Below, one piece after another: positions 63,999-64,000 of a DNA stretch of 64,000 bases; the first letter of the stretch is position 1; every line of letters starts with the position of its first letter. Position numbers and translations under genes: made by a program. Source of the DNA: Octopus vulgaris (taxonomy: Eukaryota). The stretch covers positions 54,250,001 through 54,314,000 of the forward strand of contig OX597827.1 in NCBI GenBank assembly GCA_951406725.2. Reading direction: 5' to 3'. The notes beneath the pieces were generated by a model that saw only the letters and a list, made by a program, of their open reading frames with translations, did not search any database and was not told the origin of the DNA.

Positions 63999-64000
63999 GT

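Overview
AT-rich, repeat-dense eukaryotic DNA. The SINE and microsatellite content is typical of an octopus/cephalopod genome (inference). The only intact gene is a + strand multi-exon ADAM metalloprotease of the meltrin/ADAM12 type. I joined 13 GT-AG exons (27842-63998, 1374 nt, 458 codons) by hand in one frame. They encode the prodomain with cysteine switch (HCG), a furin site (KRVRR|S), a catalytic domain with intact [12 protein letters not shown] and CIM Met-turn, and a disintegrin domain with an ECD loop. The 5' exons and the Cys-rich/EGF/TM exons lie outside the window; bases 1-8 may be the upstream donor. The rest is intronic and holds several tRNA-derived SINE families, a 5S-rRNA-headed SINE-like element, decayed RTE/CR1/R4 LINEs, mariner, Chapaev3-like, hAT, piggyBac-like and Helitron elements, and microsatellites. 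The most unusual items are: a tRNA-headed element with a Penelope-type minimal hammerhead-ribozyme tail folded into a ~135-bp hairpin; the 5S-headed SINE; a chimeric two-SINE insertion under one TSD; a templated insertion inside a mariner; a Helitron end inside a splice acceptor region; and candidate recursive-splicing sites. SINE family labels A-D are my own.
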